From Candidatus Latescibacterota bacterium (lineage in GTDB: Bacteria > Latescibacterota > UBA2968 > GCA-2709665), in NCBI GenBank assembly GCA_965237675.1, contig OZ250150.1:1024001-1088000 (forward strand): a stretch of DNA of 64,000 nucleotides. Reading direction: 5' to 3'. Both the position numbers and the translations under genes were made by a program. This document shows, piece by piece, positions 30,324 through 42,346 of the stretch; position 1 is the stretch's first letter, and every line of letters starts with the position of its first letter. The notes below the pieces were generated by a model that did no database searches, was not told where the DNA came from, and saw only the letters and a program-made list of their open reading frames with translations.

Positions 30324-31175
30324 GTGGCAACATTGCGTCAGCTCAGAAACCGGGTGACCGGCGTCACAAATATCCAGAAAGTGACCCACGCCATGCAGTT
30401 GGTGGCCGCGGCCAGGGTGCGCAAAGCCCAGGACGCCATTCTGGCTGCCCGGCCCTATGCCGAACAGCTGGGCCGAATTCTTCGACGGCTAACCGCGAGC
30501 ATCGACGCGGATCGGCATCCCCTGTTCCGCCAGGGGGAATCCGGCCGAATCACCGTCGCCGTGGTGGCGGCAGACCGCGGTCTGTGTGGTGGCTTTAACG
30601 CCGGAATTTGCCGGAAGGTGCTATCGGAACTGGATAATCAGGGGGAAGTCGAACTGGTTGCTATCGGCAGGAAGGGGCGTGATTTCTTTCGCAAACGCGG
30701 ATATAGGATCAGCCGGGAATACCTGGACGTTTTTGCCGATTTGAATCTCGGTCAGGCCGTCCACATCGCGCGTGACCTGACAGCTCGTTTTATGTCCGGC
30801 GACGTGGATCAGGTGTGGATTGCCAACAACGAGTTCGTCTCGCTAGGCCGGCAGGATCCCGTGATCAACCAGCTTTTGCCAATTGTGCCCCAGGAGACCA
30901 ACGAAGAGAACCCTTCGGGCGAGTACATTTTCGAACCTGAACCCGAGCAGTTGCTGGATTCGCTGGTGCCCCGGCACGTGAACTTCCAGGTCTGGCGCGC
31001 CCTGCTGGAATCCAACGCAGGGGAGCAGGCCTCCCGTATGACGGCGATGGATAACGCGACAAAAAATGCCGGTGACCTGATTGAAGAATTGACGCGCGAG
31101 ATGAATAAAGAGCGCCAGTCTTCAATTACACTGGAGTTGATGGATATCATCGGCGGTGCGGAGGCGGTGGCGTAG
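30324..31175 (+). CDS. atpG: ATP synthase F1 subunit gamma
   Basis: KVTHAMQLVAA, DRGLCGGFN, EQASRMTAMDNATKNA, RQSSITLEL. Confidence 0.97.
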   Translation: MATLRQLRNRVTGVTNIQKVTHAMQLVAAARVRKAQDAILAARPYAEQLGRILRRLTASIDADRHPLFRQGESGRITVAVVAADRGLCGGFNAGICRKVLSELDNQGEVELVAIGRKGRDFFRKRGYRISREYLDVFADLNLGQAVHIARDLTARFMSGDVDQVWIANNEFVSLGRQDPVINQLLPIVPQETNEENPSGEYIFEPEPEQLLDSLVPRHVNFQVWRALLESNAGEQASRMTAMDNATKNAGDLIEELTREMNKERQSSITLELMDIIGGAEAVA

Positions 31176-31200
31176 CAGTCCGTCATGCGAACCGGTTTGA

Positions 31201-32654
<1,454 letters not shown>

Positions 32655-32680
32655 GGTTCGAATTTTTGGGTGGGAATGCG

Positions 32681-33085
32681 ATGCCGACGTATCAACTTGA
32701 GATTGTAACACCGGAAAAGACGGTTTACTCGGGCGAGGTCGAGAGCTTGCGGGCGCCGGGAACCGAAGGCGGGTTTGGTGTGCTGGCGGGGCACCATCCG
32801 ATGCTGGCCGCCCTGGGCATCGGACAGATGGCCTTTTCCGAACAGGAGCAGGGATCAAAGTCCGTGGCGATCAGTGGCGGGTTCGCGGAAGTCCAGCGCG
32901 ACCGCGTCACCGTACTGGCCGAAACGGCGGAATTCGTGCAGGAAATTGACGTGACTCGCGCCGAGGCCGCGAGAGACCGCGCGCGGCAAAGGCTGGCGCG
33001 AAAGCGGGATCAACAGGTCGACGAGGCACGGGCGAGGCTGGCCCTGACGCGGGCGATCAACCGGCTTCGGATCGGGGACCAATAA
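32681..33085 (+). CDS. atpC: ATP synthase F1 subunit epsilon
   Basis: LEIVTPE, GVLAGHHP, GGFAEV..VTVLAE, C-terminal helices. Confidence 0.95.
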   Translation: MPTYQLEIVTPEKTVYSGEVESLRAPGTEGGFGVLAGHHPMLAALGIGQMAFSEQEQGSKSVAISGGFAEVQRDRVTVLAETAEFVQEIDVTRAEAARDRARQRLARKRDQQVDEARARLALTRAINRLRIGDQ

Positions 33086-33123
33086 AACGAACTGAGCAAC
33101 GTGGCGTGGGCGGCCGTTACCGT

Positions 33124-33156
33124 ATGGGTGGGTTCTGAAACCCGCCCGTTTTTATT
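33124..33156 (+). terminator. Rho-independent terminator of the atp operon
   Basis: GGGTGGGTT-CTGA-AACCCGCCC hairpin followed by GTTTTTATT, about 40 bp after the atpC stop. Confidence 0.75.
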
Positions 33157-33181
33157 GGCCTGCATAATTCACCAAAAAAGA

Positions 33182-33430
33182 ACCTCTCCCCCCAGCCCCC
33201 TCTCCTGCGAGGAGACGGGGAGTCGAACGAAGTGGCGCGTAAACACTGTTTTTACATGCTCTGATTGATTGGAGAACGCCATCTCGTCACTTTACCAGGC
33301 GCAACTCGCCGACCAATCACGAAATTTCGCCCGGATTTTTTCATCAATCGAAACGTCTTCATCCAATCCAAACGTTCATCAGCCGATTACAGTTCCCCCT
33401 TCCTCTCAGGAAGGGGGGTAGGGGGTAGGT
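33182..33430. repeat. Inverted pair of C-rich/G-rich palindromic repeats (REP/REPIN-like)
   Basis: ACCTCTCCCCCCAGCCCCCTCTCC..GGAGACGGGGA (33182-33221) and TCCCCCTTCC..GGAAGGGGGGTAGGGGGTAGGT (33394-33430). Confidence 0.6.
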
Positions 33431-33610
33431 CTCGTCCGTTTCAAGCAATCCAAATCTAGAATTTCTTACACTTTGGGATTCACTTTCTCTATTCACTCGG
33501 AAGCTGATTCTACTTCGCGAAACTGCGATCCGTGACAATTCATGATTTAGTCAGGGTAGCTTTAAGCTATCAGCATCCAGCCTCTTCATTGTATTTCCAA
33601 TGTCCGACTG

Positions 33611-33848
33611 ACCCCGGTTTCGCGTTGTCTCCCGTCTCAGGTTTTGCTTTTCGGTTGTTTGGGTTTTCGCTCTTGTTTCAAGCTGACTGCTTTCAGGCGG
33701 GCAACCACAAGGGTTGCCCCTACGAATACGAAACACGACGAGCGGCGAGACGTTTGTGGTTCGCCCCACCCCGGTTTCGCGTTGTCTCCCGTCTCAGGTT
33801 TTGCTTTTCGGTTGTTTGGGTTTTCGCTCTTGTTTCAAGCTGACTGCT
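33611..33848 (+). repeat. 81-bp exact direct repeat flanking a GTAG-type REP
   Basis: 33611-33691 equals 33768-33848; REP GGGCAACCACAAGGGTTGCCCCTAC at 33699-33723 lies between them; heptamer repeats follow to about 33870. Confidence 0.85.
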
Positions 33849-33902
33849 GACCGCTGACAGCTGACAGCTGTTTTTATTCTCACCGCTTTTGAGGATTTCG
33901 AT

Positions 33903-34655
33903 ATGTCCAATCCCACAATTGATCTGTTGCTCTCACACAGAAGTATTCGCAGGTTCGAGAATCGGCCGCTTCCCGATGGCGTCCTCGAAACACTGATCCG
34001 GTGCGGGCAGCAGGCGAGCACATCCAGCAACCTGCAGGCCTACACCGTCATTCACGTGGCGGATCCAAAGCGAAAAAAGAGACTGGCCGAACTGTGCGCC
34101 GATCAGGTGCAGATACACGAGAGCGCGGCGTTTCTGGCCTTCTGCGCGGATTTGCACCGGGACAGGATGGCCAACCGGATGCACGGGGCCGAGCGGTTCG
34201 ACGGGGACTATGCGGAGGCGTTGACGATCGCGACCGTGGACGTGGCGCTGATGATGCAAAACGTGGCCATCGCCGCGGAGTCTCTGGGATTGGGAATCTG
34301 CATGATCGGCGCGATGCGGAACAACCCGAAATCGGTGGGCAAATTGCTGGACCTGCCCCCGTATGTCGTCGCCGTGGCTGGCTTTTGCATTGGGTATCCG
34401 GCGCAGACCCCGGAAGTCAAACCGCGTTTGCCTCTGGATGCGGTCTTGCATCGCGAACGGTATCTCTGCGACGAGACGCATCGATTGGCGATGGAGGAAT
34501 ACGACGGAAACATGGTCGACTTCTATACCTCGCAGGGGATGCACGAGGGCGACCAGCGATGGACAACGGTCATGGCAGGACGCACCGGTCAGTTTCACGC
34601 CCGCGCCGAACTGGATGAATTCCTGACGGCCCAGGGTTTCCGGCTGCGCCGTTGA
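33903..34655 (+). CDS. NADPH-dependent nitroreductase/flavin reductase (NfsA/FRP family)
   Basis: HRSIRRF, ASTSSNLQ, AESLGLGICMIGAMRN, KPRLP. Confidence 0.92.
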   Translation: MSNPTIDLLLSHRSIRRFENRPLPDGVLETLIRCGQQASTSSNLQAYTVIHVADPKRKKRLAELCADQVQIHESAAFLAFCADLHRDRMANRMHGAERFDGDYAEALTIATVDVALMMQNVAIAAESLGLGICMIGAMRNNPKSVGKLLDLPPYVVAVAGFCIGYPAQTPEVKPRLPLDAVLHRERYLCDETHRLAMEEYDGNMVDFYTSQGMHEGDQRWTTVMAGRTGQFHARAELDEFLTAQGFRLRR

Positions 34656-34851
34656 AATTCCGTCCTATCTGTCTTACCCTTGACCTTCAGCGAGTCATTG
34701 TGTATAAATTGAGAAACTGTTCTGATCGTGAGTAAAAAAAGTCCAAGGAGAAGCCATTCGGGAAATTTCAGGGACTACGATGCACAACGCAATTGCGGAC
34801 GCGGCTCTTCGTGGCCCGCCGGCAGTACCTCATCCGTAGAGAAGCTGAGAG

Positions 34852-35163
34852 ATGGCCAATACAGTAATAGATAGGCTTGTTGGCGAGGTTGTAAAGCTTG
34901 TAAGCCCGCTGCGAATAGTGCTTTTCGGCTCGGCGGCAAGGGAAGAATCGGGAGAGCACAGCGACATTGATCTGCTTGTCGTCATGCCGGAGGGTGCTCA
35001 CCGCCGCCTGACAGCGCAGAAACTGTACCGTGAAATCAAGGGTTTAGGCGTGCCCTTCGATATTGTCGTAGCAACCCCGCAGGATCTCGAAAAGCACAAG
35101 GATAATGACGGATTGATCTATAAAAACGCACTCAAAGAAGGCATAGAAGTATATGGACTCTGA
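34852..35163 (+). CDS. Minimal nucleotidyltransferase (MNT antitoxin-type)
   Basis: LFGSAAR..SDIDLLV, PFDIVV. Confidence 0.88.
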   Translation: MANTVIDRLVGEVVKLVSPLRIVLFGSAAREESGEHSDIDLLVVMPEGAHRRLTAQKLYREIKGLGVPFDIVVATPQDLEKHKDNDGLIYKNALKEGIEVYGL

Positions 35164-35550
35164 ATCTCTGGTTCCAGGGAATGCTGAGGATTGGCTACGT
35201 TACACGGGAGCGACCTGGAGCTTGCGCGTATCGAAAAACCGGAAGGAGTCTTGCTGGAGAATCTTTGTTTCCATGCCCAGCAGGCTGCAGAAAAGACACT
35301 AAAGGCAGTTCTCGTCTTTCTTGAGATTCATTATCCCACAACCCACAATATTCGAACATTGATCGATTTCTTACCTGATGGTATCGATATTCCTCAAGTG
35401 GTAGAAGACGCCGCAGCCCTGACGGACTACGCTGTCGAATCTCGATATCCTGGAAATATCGAGCCGGTCGAGGAAGAAGAATACCGGAATTCGATACATA
35501 TTGCAGAAGCAGTCCTGCGTAGGGCAGAATCACTGATCTACGAAAACTGA
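35153..35550 (+). pseudogene. HEPN domain protein with apparent 1-bp frameshift near 35207
   Basis: ATG 35153 gives MDSESLVPGNAEDWLRYT; another frame continues SDLELA..CFHAQQAAEKTLKAVL..THNI..SRYP. Confidence 0.7.
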
Positions 35551-35552
35551 CC

Positions 35553-36890
35553 ATGAGCAATGTGATTGCAAACATCGATCGGCTGAAAGCGCAGTTGGAC
35601 GCATTGCGGCCGCTGCCGTCCGATGTCGTAGGACGGATCGAGCAGAAGCTCAGAATCGAGTCGAACTACCACTCCAATGCCATAGAAGGAAACAGCCTGA
35701 CCCTTGGAGAAACGAGAAGCCTGATCCTCCACGGACTCACCGCCCATGGCAAGCCCATGCGCGATCATCTGGACATCGAGGGACATGACGAAGCGGTAAA
35801 AGCGATAGAAGATGCAGTCAACAGCAAAGAAGAACTCAACGAGGTCTTCATCCGCAATCTCCATAGTTTGCTCTTGAAAAAGCCATATGAAATCGACGCA
35901 CTGACACCCGACGGACGGCCAACAAAACGACTCATAACAATTGGGGAATACAAGACGCACTCCAATAACGTCCGGACCTCAACCGGTGAGATCTACTACT
36001 TCACGCCGCCAGACCAGGTAAAGCCTGCGATGAGCGATCTCATCGACTGGTATCGACTGACCGAGAACGCAGGCGAACATCCCGTTGTCATTGCCGCCAC
36101 GTTTCACTATCGCGTTGTCCGCATTCATCCGTTTGACGACGGAAATGGGCGCATGGCTCGGCTTCTGATGAATATGATTCTGATTAAGCACGGCTACACG
36201 GTGACAATCATTCCCATACAGGAAAGAAACCGATACATTGACTCGCTGGAGCAGGCCGACAAGTCAGAAGACCTGGCCGGGTTCATCGATTACATTGCGA
36301 GCTGTTGTGACTATACCCTGAAACTCCATCTGAGAGCCGCCCATGGAGAAGATATCGAAGACGCGGAGGACATAGACAAAGAAATCGCGCTCTTTCTGAA
36401 AAAGAGCACGGGCAACACAGTCGAAGCTCGCGATTACGCCGATGAAGTGCTGTATCCGTTTTTTATGTATTGCAGGAAAAAGGTTGAACAGTTTTCAACG
36501 GTATTCGGGAGTATAGATATTTCGGGCGATGCGTTTGTAAGACAGATTGACAGCAAGAATATTCGTTTTGACCTTATGGAAGCAGAGGGCCCATTGCCTG
36601 AAGACGCGTTTTCTGTTTCCACTCGCACGAATTTCAGATTATCGGAATTTCGGGGGAACCAAAGAGAGGGAGTCTTCTTGGATATTACTAACGAAGCGGA
36701 TCCGAATGAATACCTTTGGAAATTTTCCGCAAACTTCAGCACGGATGGTCACGCAACTTCCCATCGCTATCATGTGAACCAATATGCGGGCCGAGAACTG
36801 GATCAGCTGAAGAAGATCTTTAACGACATGATACGGGGCATGATGAAAGAGCTCTCAGAGATTTCTGACGACGGCAAGGGTGAGAGATGA
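35553..36890 (+). CDS. Fic family protein (N-terminal autoinhibitory motif) with unknown C-terminal domain
   Basis: HPFDDGNGRMAR catalytic motif; SNAIEGN inhibitory motif. Confidence 0.92.
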   Translation: MSNVIANIDRLKAQLDALRPLPSDVVGRIEQKLRIESNYHSNAIEGNSLTLGETRSLILHGLTAHGKPMRDHLDIEGHDEAVKAIEDAVNSKEELNEVFIRNLHSLLLKKPYEIDALTPDGRPTKRLITIGEYKTHSNNVRTSTGEIYYFTPPDQVKPAMSDLIDWYRLTENAGEHPVVIAATFHYRVVRIHPFDDGNGRMARLLMNMILIKHGYTVTIIPIQERNRYIDSLEQADKSEDLAGFIDYIASCCDYTLKLHLRAAHGEDIEDAEDIDKEIALFLKKSTGNTVEARDYADEVLYPFFMYCRKKVEQFSTVFGSIDISGDAFVRQIDSKNIRFDLMEAEGPLPEDAFSVSTRTNFRLSEFRGNQREGVFLDITNEADPNEYLWKFSANFSTDGHATSHRYHVNQYAGRELDQLKKIFNDMIRGMMKELSEISDDGKGER

Positions 36891-37090
36891 AAAAAAACTC
36901 AATGACCCAAACGACAGCGCTGCGGCAAAATACGCGGAAAGTAAGGATGTTTCAATTCATGATTTTCACGTTCCAACCTGGACACCGACGCCTTTGCAAT
37001 CAATGAAGGCATGTCGCGCATAACCTGCGGTATCGGAAGTTGTACGATTTTTGTCTTTGTGTCTTCGTTGCTTAGTGTGCGTCCATTCCT

Positions 37091-37405
37091 ATGAAGCCGA
37101 AAATCTACCTCTCAAGAGAAGAGACCGCCGCCTTCTGCCGGCGCAACGGGATTAAGCGGCTGGCGCTGTTCGGCTCGGTGCTGCGTGACGACTTCACGCC
37201 CGATAGTGACGTAGATGTACTCGTGGAGTTCGAGCCGGGCCAGACGCCAGGATTGGAGTTCATTGCCATGCAGGATGAGTTGTCGGGGATATTCGGGAGG
37301 AAAGTCGGTCTTCACACCTACAGAGGGGTCGAAAACAACCCCAATTGGCTGCTTCGGGCGGAAATACTCAGCTCGGCGGAGGCGGTGTATGAACAGGCGC
37401 GATGA
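37091..37405 (+). CDS. Minimal nucleotidyltransferase (MntA-like), orphan
   Basis: FCRRNGIKRLALFGSVLRDDFTPDSDVDVLVEF. Confidence 0.88.
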   Translation: MKPKIYLSREETAAFCRRNGIKRLALFGSVLRDDFTPDSDVDVLVEFEPGQTPGLEFIAMQDELSGIFGRKVGLHTYRGVENNPNWLLRAEILSSAEAVYEQAR

Positions 37406-37480
37406 CCGGGACGGTGCATCACGATCATGTGCTCAATCTCCGAGGATCAGGCGCTTCGCTCGAATTGTCCCACCCCGCCA

Positions 37481-38233
37481 TCACATGGTGGCAGCGGTCC
37501 TTGCGCCGGCGGCGGCCAGGACATAGAGAATCCAAAGTCCGAAGACGCCGATCCCCGCAAGCTTTGTCCGAATACCCGTAACGGCCGCCAGACCGACCGT
37601 AATCAACAGGTACTTCCAGACGGCAAAGACGGTGATCATGGACAGGAAGTAGTATATGTAACTCCCTTCCATGGATCCCGGCACAAGCAGACCCAGGCCG
37701 ACCTGGAATGTTGCAGAACCCGTGGCCATGGTAAGCAGCACCGTAACAATGGCGGCGGGAATGGCCACAAGTGAGCTGTAGCTCACAACAGCCAGCGTCT
37801 TTTTGAAAGTACCTTCCCCACCGAATACGAAATTCGAAAGTGCGAGGAAAATCGCCGCCTGGACATAAATGGTCACGGCCGTACCGATGGACGGAAGGAC
37901 AACGGCGCCTAAGCCCATCACCCTTTGTGCACTTTCCAGGGCCATCGCCCGCTGTTCTTCCGTAAGGGATTCATCTTTCGCAAGCTGCTCCTGCACGGCC
38001 TGCATCCCGGCCGTCTTTGCGGTGGGCATTAACAGATATGCGGAGAACATGCCGACGATTGCGATCACAATAATTGGGAGATACCAGTCCCTGTGTTCGA
38101 GATGGGCATTAACGGATGCGAATGTCCGCCCGGGCGACAACAAGGCACCGACCATGCGCCCGCCAATCCCCATTTCTTGACCGCTTTCAACGTTTCCTGA
38201 GTCTGTGGATTCCCTCATCGTGCTCTCCTCCAT
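37481..38233 (-). CDS. Yip1 family membrane protein
   Basis: SPGRTF, FGGEGTFKKTLAVVSYSSL, about 5 TM; start uncertain (38218-38275). Confidence 0.75.
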   Translation of the reverse strand: MEESTMRESTDSGNVESGQEMGIGGRMVGALLSPGRTFASVNAHLEHRDWYLPIIVIAIVGMFSAYLLMPTAKTAGMQAVQEQLAKDESLTEEQRAMALESAQRVMGLGAVVLPSIGTAVTIYVQAAIFLALSNFVFGGEGTFKKTLAVVSYSSLVAIPAAIVTVLLTMATGSATFQVGLGLLVPGSMEGSYIYYFLSMITVFAVWKYLLITVGLAAVTGIRTKLAGIGVFGLWILYVLAAAGARTAATM

Positions 38234-38291
38234 TTGTGTGCGTCGTGAATAAAGGCTTGTCCTGGCGGCTGGCAACGCAGAAATCCCGCCT

Positions 38292-38319
38292 AATATAACC
38301 TCCGCAGCGTATATTTCAA
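38292..38319 (-). promoter_or_regulatory. Possible sigma70 promoter of the Yip1 gene
   Basis: Minus strand TTGAAA-16 bp-TATATT. Confidence 0.4.
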
Positions 38320-38452
38320 CCCGTATACCACGACCCGATACACGTCGACCGGTCCATTAGAGTGCGCGGGTAGAGGTGCTCCGGGCCTCGCCAAAAACAG
38401 GTTAGGCGTGGACGCGGCTTGACATTCGACTTAGTCTCGTGAACTGAAAGGA

Positions 38453-41439
38453 GTGAACAGGGTGTCAATTGGGAAAAAGCGAAGCCGATTCGTCAGCGCC
38501 ACGATGCGGTCGAATGCGCTGGCGAATGCCGAAAAGAACGAATGGGCGCGGAAGCATCGGGATCGCGCGGTTGCGGCGGCCGAGGAGTGGATGGGCCGCA
38601 CGAACGACGCGTTGTGGGATATGGTGACCGCACAGGAGTTACCGCGGACAGTCTACACCAACGAAGGTGTGACATACAAGGGCCAGAAGCCCTACTGTCC
38701 CGGCTGCGGGGAGGAGGCGCCTGCGAAATCGGGGCGCGAATGGTGGGAATTCGACGACGCGAGGCCGTGGAAAATTTGGTGCGAACACTGCAAGGAGGTC
38801 TATCCGAAGAATGACTTCGGGGCCTTCTACAGGACGGCCCTGGACGCGCAGGGGATGTTCCGGCGTGAGTTGGGGGACCGGTCGCTGCTTTTCAATGCCG
38901 ACCATCCCGATCCGGCCGATCCGCTGCACAAACTCTATGTCGAAGACGGATATGGCATGTTTGACGAACAAGGAAACCGGCACGATATCATCGCATACTA
39001 CAATTTCGAAGCGGTTTGGCGCCGGATCCAGCGAGGCGTTGCCTCATTGGCCAACGCGTACGCACTCACCAGCGACAGACGGTACGCCCACAAGGCGGGC
39101 GTGCTGCTGGACCGGATCGCAGACGTCTATCCCGAGATGGACTACCTTCCACTCCACGAGCTCGGTTTTCAGCACAGCCAGGGCGGTTCGGGAAGGGGCC
39201 GCATCGAAGGTTGCATCTGGGAAACCTTCGTCGCCCAGGGCCTTGTCCGGAGCTACGATATCGTCTTCGACGGACTCCAGGGCGATGATGACCTCGTCGA
39301 TTTCTGCTCGGACAAAGCCACACAATATGCCCTGGGGGACAAGAGCAATAGTGCAGCGATCTGTGGGCATATTCACGATCATCTGCTGCTGGAAGCGCTC
39401 AATTCGGTGAAGGACGGCCGGATCAGCGGAAATACGGGTATGAACCATTCCTCGCTGGCAACCGCTGCAATCGCATTGGATGACCCGGAGTTGACTCCGC
39501 TGTGGCTGGACTGGCTGTTCCACCCCGGGTTTCCCGGGGACTACTCGGCTCAGAAAGATCCGGTGCCGTGGGTGCTGACCGAGGGGCTCGACCGGGACGG
39601 CATGGGGGGTGAGTGCGGCGGTTACGGTCTCATCTGGACCCGCCACATGCAGGAACTGGTGCGGATTCTATCCGTATATCCGGAGTACACGAGACACAAT
39701 CTCGTTGCGGATTACCCGAAGCTCAAACAGGCTTTTCTCGTTGAGAGCCGGATAAACGTGCTGGATGGGATGATGCCCAATACGGGTGACAGCGGCGCCG
39801 TGGGTGCATGGGGAAGGCAGGGCGAGGCCGCGACTTACGTCCGGGCGTACATACTGTATGGGGATCCGCGTTTCACGGCCCTGGCGTGGCACGAACACGT
39901 GGCTCACGGGTCCTCCCTGCGACTGGATGACGACATTTTCCGGGAGGATCCGGACGCGCTGATCCGTGAGATACGAAAAGTCGGTCAACAGGGCTCGGGC
40001 AACCTGAAGTGCGAGCACTTCGGCAGGTACGGACAGGCGCACCTGCAAACCGGAACTCCGGAAAATGGCCGCGCCGTGTTCATCCACTACGGGCAGGGCA
40101 AGGGACACTCGCACCACGATTCTCTCAACCTGGGACTGCTGGCGAATAACGTGGCGATGATCCCGGACCTGGGCTATCCCGAATATACCGGATCCTGGCC
40201 GAAGCGACATGCATGGACGGCCAACACGATCAGCCACAATACGCTGGTGGTGGGCGATACCCGATCAGAATACAGCCCGGGCGGGCAGATCGAGTTTTTC
40301 GCGGTCGCGCCTCCCCTGCGCGTGACGCAGGTGGATGCAAATGGCGCGTACGAAGGCGTCCGGACCTACCGCCGCACCTTGCACTGGTGGACGTGGACGA
40401 GGACAACAGCTACGTTCTCGACCTGTTCCGGGCGCGGGGCGGGACGAACCACCGTCTTTCCTGGCACGGAGCCGCGGAAACGGCGCAGGTTACCGGCATT
40501 GAACTTGTCGGGCAGGAAGGCGGCACCTTCGCGGGCCCGGATGTTCCGTTCGCCACACTGGAGGGTGAGGACGCGGACTTCTACAAACAAAGCGGCTTCA
40601 CCTACCTGTACGACGTGGCACGCTCCCCCGGGGCCGTGGAGACGCCATACACCGTCGACTGGAGGATCGAAGATATCCGCGGCCGAATTCCCGAAGGCCG
40701 CGAACCCCATCTGCGCCTTCACGCGCTCACGCCCTGTGACGAAGTTGCGCTGGCGACCGGGGACTCGCCGCGTAGACTGCAGCGGCCCGGATATCTCATC
40801 CAGAGCAGGCTGGGCGACGCGTTGCAAAGCCAGTTTGTTAACGTGCTTGAGCCCTACGATACCAGGCCGTTCATCGTTCGGGTACGCGAACTGGACGTGC
40901 GACACGATGGGGATGTCGGCGCGGCAGCCGCCGTGGCCGTGGAGATGGCCGGAGGGCGCACGGATATACTGATCAGTTGCGAGGAGGCGATTCAGGTAAC
41001 GGTAGAAGGCGGGATCAAGTTCGACGGCACATTCGGAATGATCCGCCTGGTCGGGGAAGAAGTAAAGCTGATGCGGATGATCGGCGGCACGTTACTCGCA
41101 TTCGGCAGCGTTGCGCTGACGGCGGAACGCGCCGCCTGGCGAGGGAAGGTGGCACGGATCGACGCTTCCGACCCGGCGAACAATCTGGTTGACCTCGATC
41201 CACCCCTGCCGCGTGATCGCGACCTCGCCGGCCGAACCATCCATTTCATGAACGATTTGCCGATGGACACGAGTTACAGGATCGCGGCCGTCACGACCGG
41301 AGGCGTCTCAACGGGCGACATTACGATTGTCAGGGGGCTCATGAAGGGCACCGATCTCGCCAGCGGCTATACGTACCTGGTCAATCCTGGAGATGACTAC
41401 GTCCTGCCGGTGATCGCAGGGTTCGGAGGCGGGGCCTGA
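38453..41439 (+). pseudogene. Heparinase II/III-like polysaccharide lyase, about 995 aa, split by an apparent 1-bp frameshift at about 40380
   Basis: LANAYALTSDRRYA, GHSHHDSLNL, PDLGYP, TISHNTLVV; reading RTYRRT continues as ALVDVDE in the next ORF (ACC TT GCA CTG). Confidence 0.75.
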
Positions 41440-41977
41440 GACATCTCACACGAAGACACGAAGCCACGGAGACACGGAGACACAAAGGGTAAAATCAGCA
41501 ATCAGCAGTAAGCTCTCAGCCGGCAGCCAAAACCGGCTAGCGATTCGGCATTGTGATATCAATTCACGGATGCCTGGTTTTCGTAGGGGCGACCGGCCGG
41601 TCGCCCTCGTTACTGGAAAAACAGCAGTCAGCCAACATCGGTTAGCGATACGGCCTGGCGATTCCAACCAGCGATATCCGCGCCATTATGTGGGCAACCA
41701 CAAGGGTTGCCCCTACAAATGCAAAGGCCGCGCGTAACACGGCGAAATCAATATCACGTATGTCCGGCTTTTGTAGGGGCGGTTCGCGAACCGCCCGCGC
41801 GGCCTTTCGCTTTAGCCCCTCATCCGCACGGTGGTGGAGAGGGGCTTTTCCACGCTATTCCGTTCAGCACCGAAGCGCCATGGGTCCGGATGCGTACGTA
41901 GGGCACAACCGTCAGTATTCGCCACTGACGAGATTCGTGGAAAAGCAGCCCCGCGGCGCATAAGCGGCGCCGTTCTT
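41189..41977 (+). repeat. About 790-bp direct repeat, copy 1 (lyase 3' end plus REP cluster)
   Basis: Aligns to 43471-44265; contains GTAG REPs at 41583-41606, 41692-41716, 41773-41796. Confidence 0.88.
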
Positions 41978-42346
41978 TAAAAAGCGGTAAGAGGTAAGAC
42001 GGCAGAAGTAAGAGGTCCACACCACGCCCCACCGGTCTTGCGCTCGCATCCGTAATCCACTTCTATTTCAATATAGTGAGAGTCCATTTGCGGGCGTCAA
42101 ATACGGAAAAGTCGTCAGCACCTCTTACGTCTCCCCTCTAACGGCTTCATGGCGAGAAAGAAAAAGGACGAAGAAAAATAAAAAGCGAAAGGGAGAGGAA
42201 ATGTTGATGTCGGCCCGGAACGCGGTTCCAGGCATTATTTATCCGCGGATAGGCGACGTGCTCGACATCAGCTCCAGAGGAGAAGGGATCGCTCGCCACC
42301 GCCGATGCTCAACGTTATAGAGCTGCCCCACGAGCGTTGAAGGACG

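Noticed and set aside
34656-37480. Integron cassette array around the MNT/HEPN/Fic genes
   Set aside because: No attC-like sites or integrase could be identified by eye
40370-40390. Programmed ribosomal frameshift in the lyase
   Set aside because: No slippery heptamer or homopolymer at the break; a single-base deletion or sequencing error is simpler
41440-41980. CRISPR array or ncRNA in the repeat-rich intergenic region
   Set aside because: Repeats are heterogeneous REP palindromes and 7-9-mers without regular spacers; no cas genes
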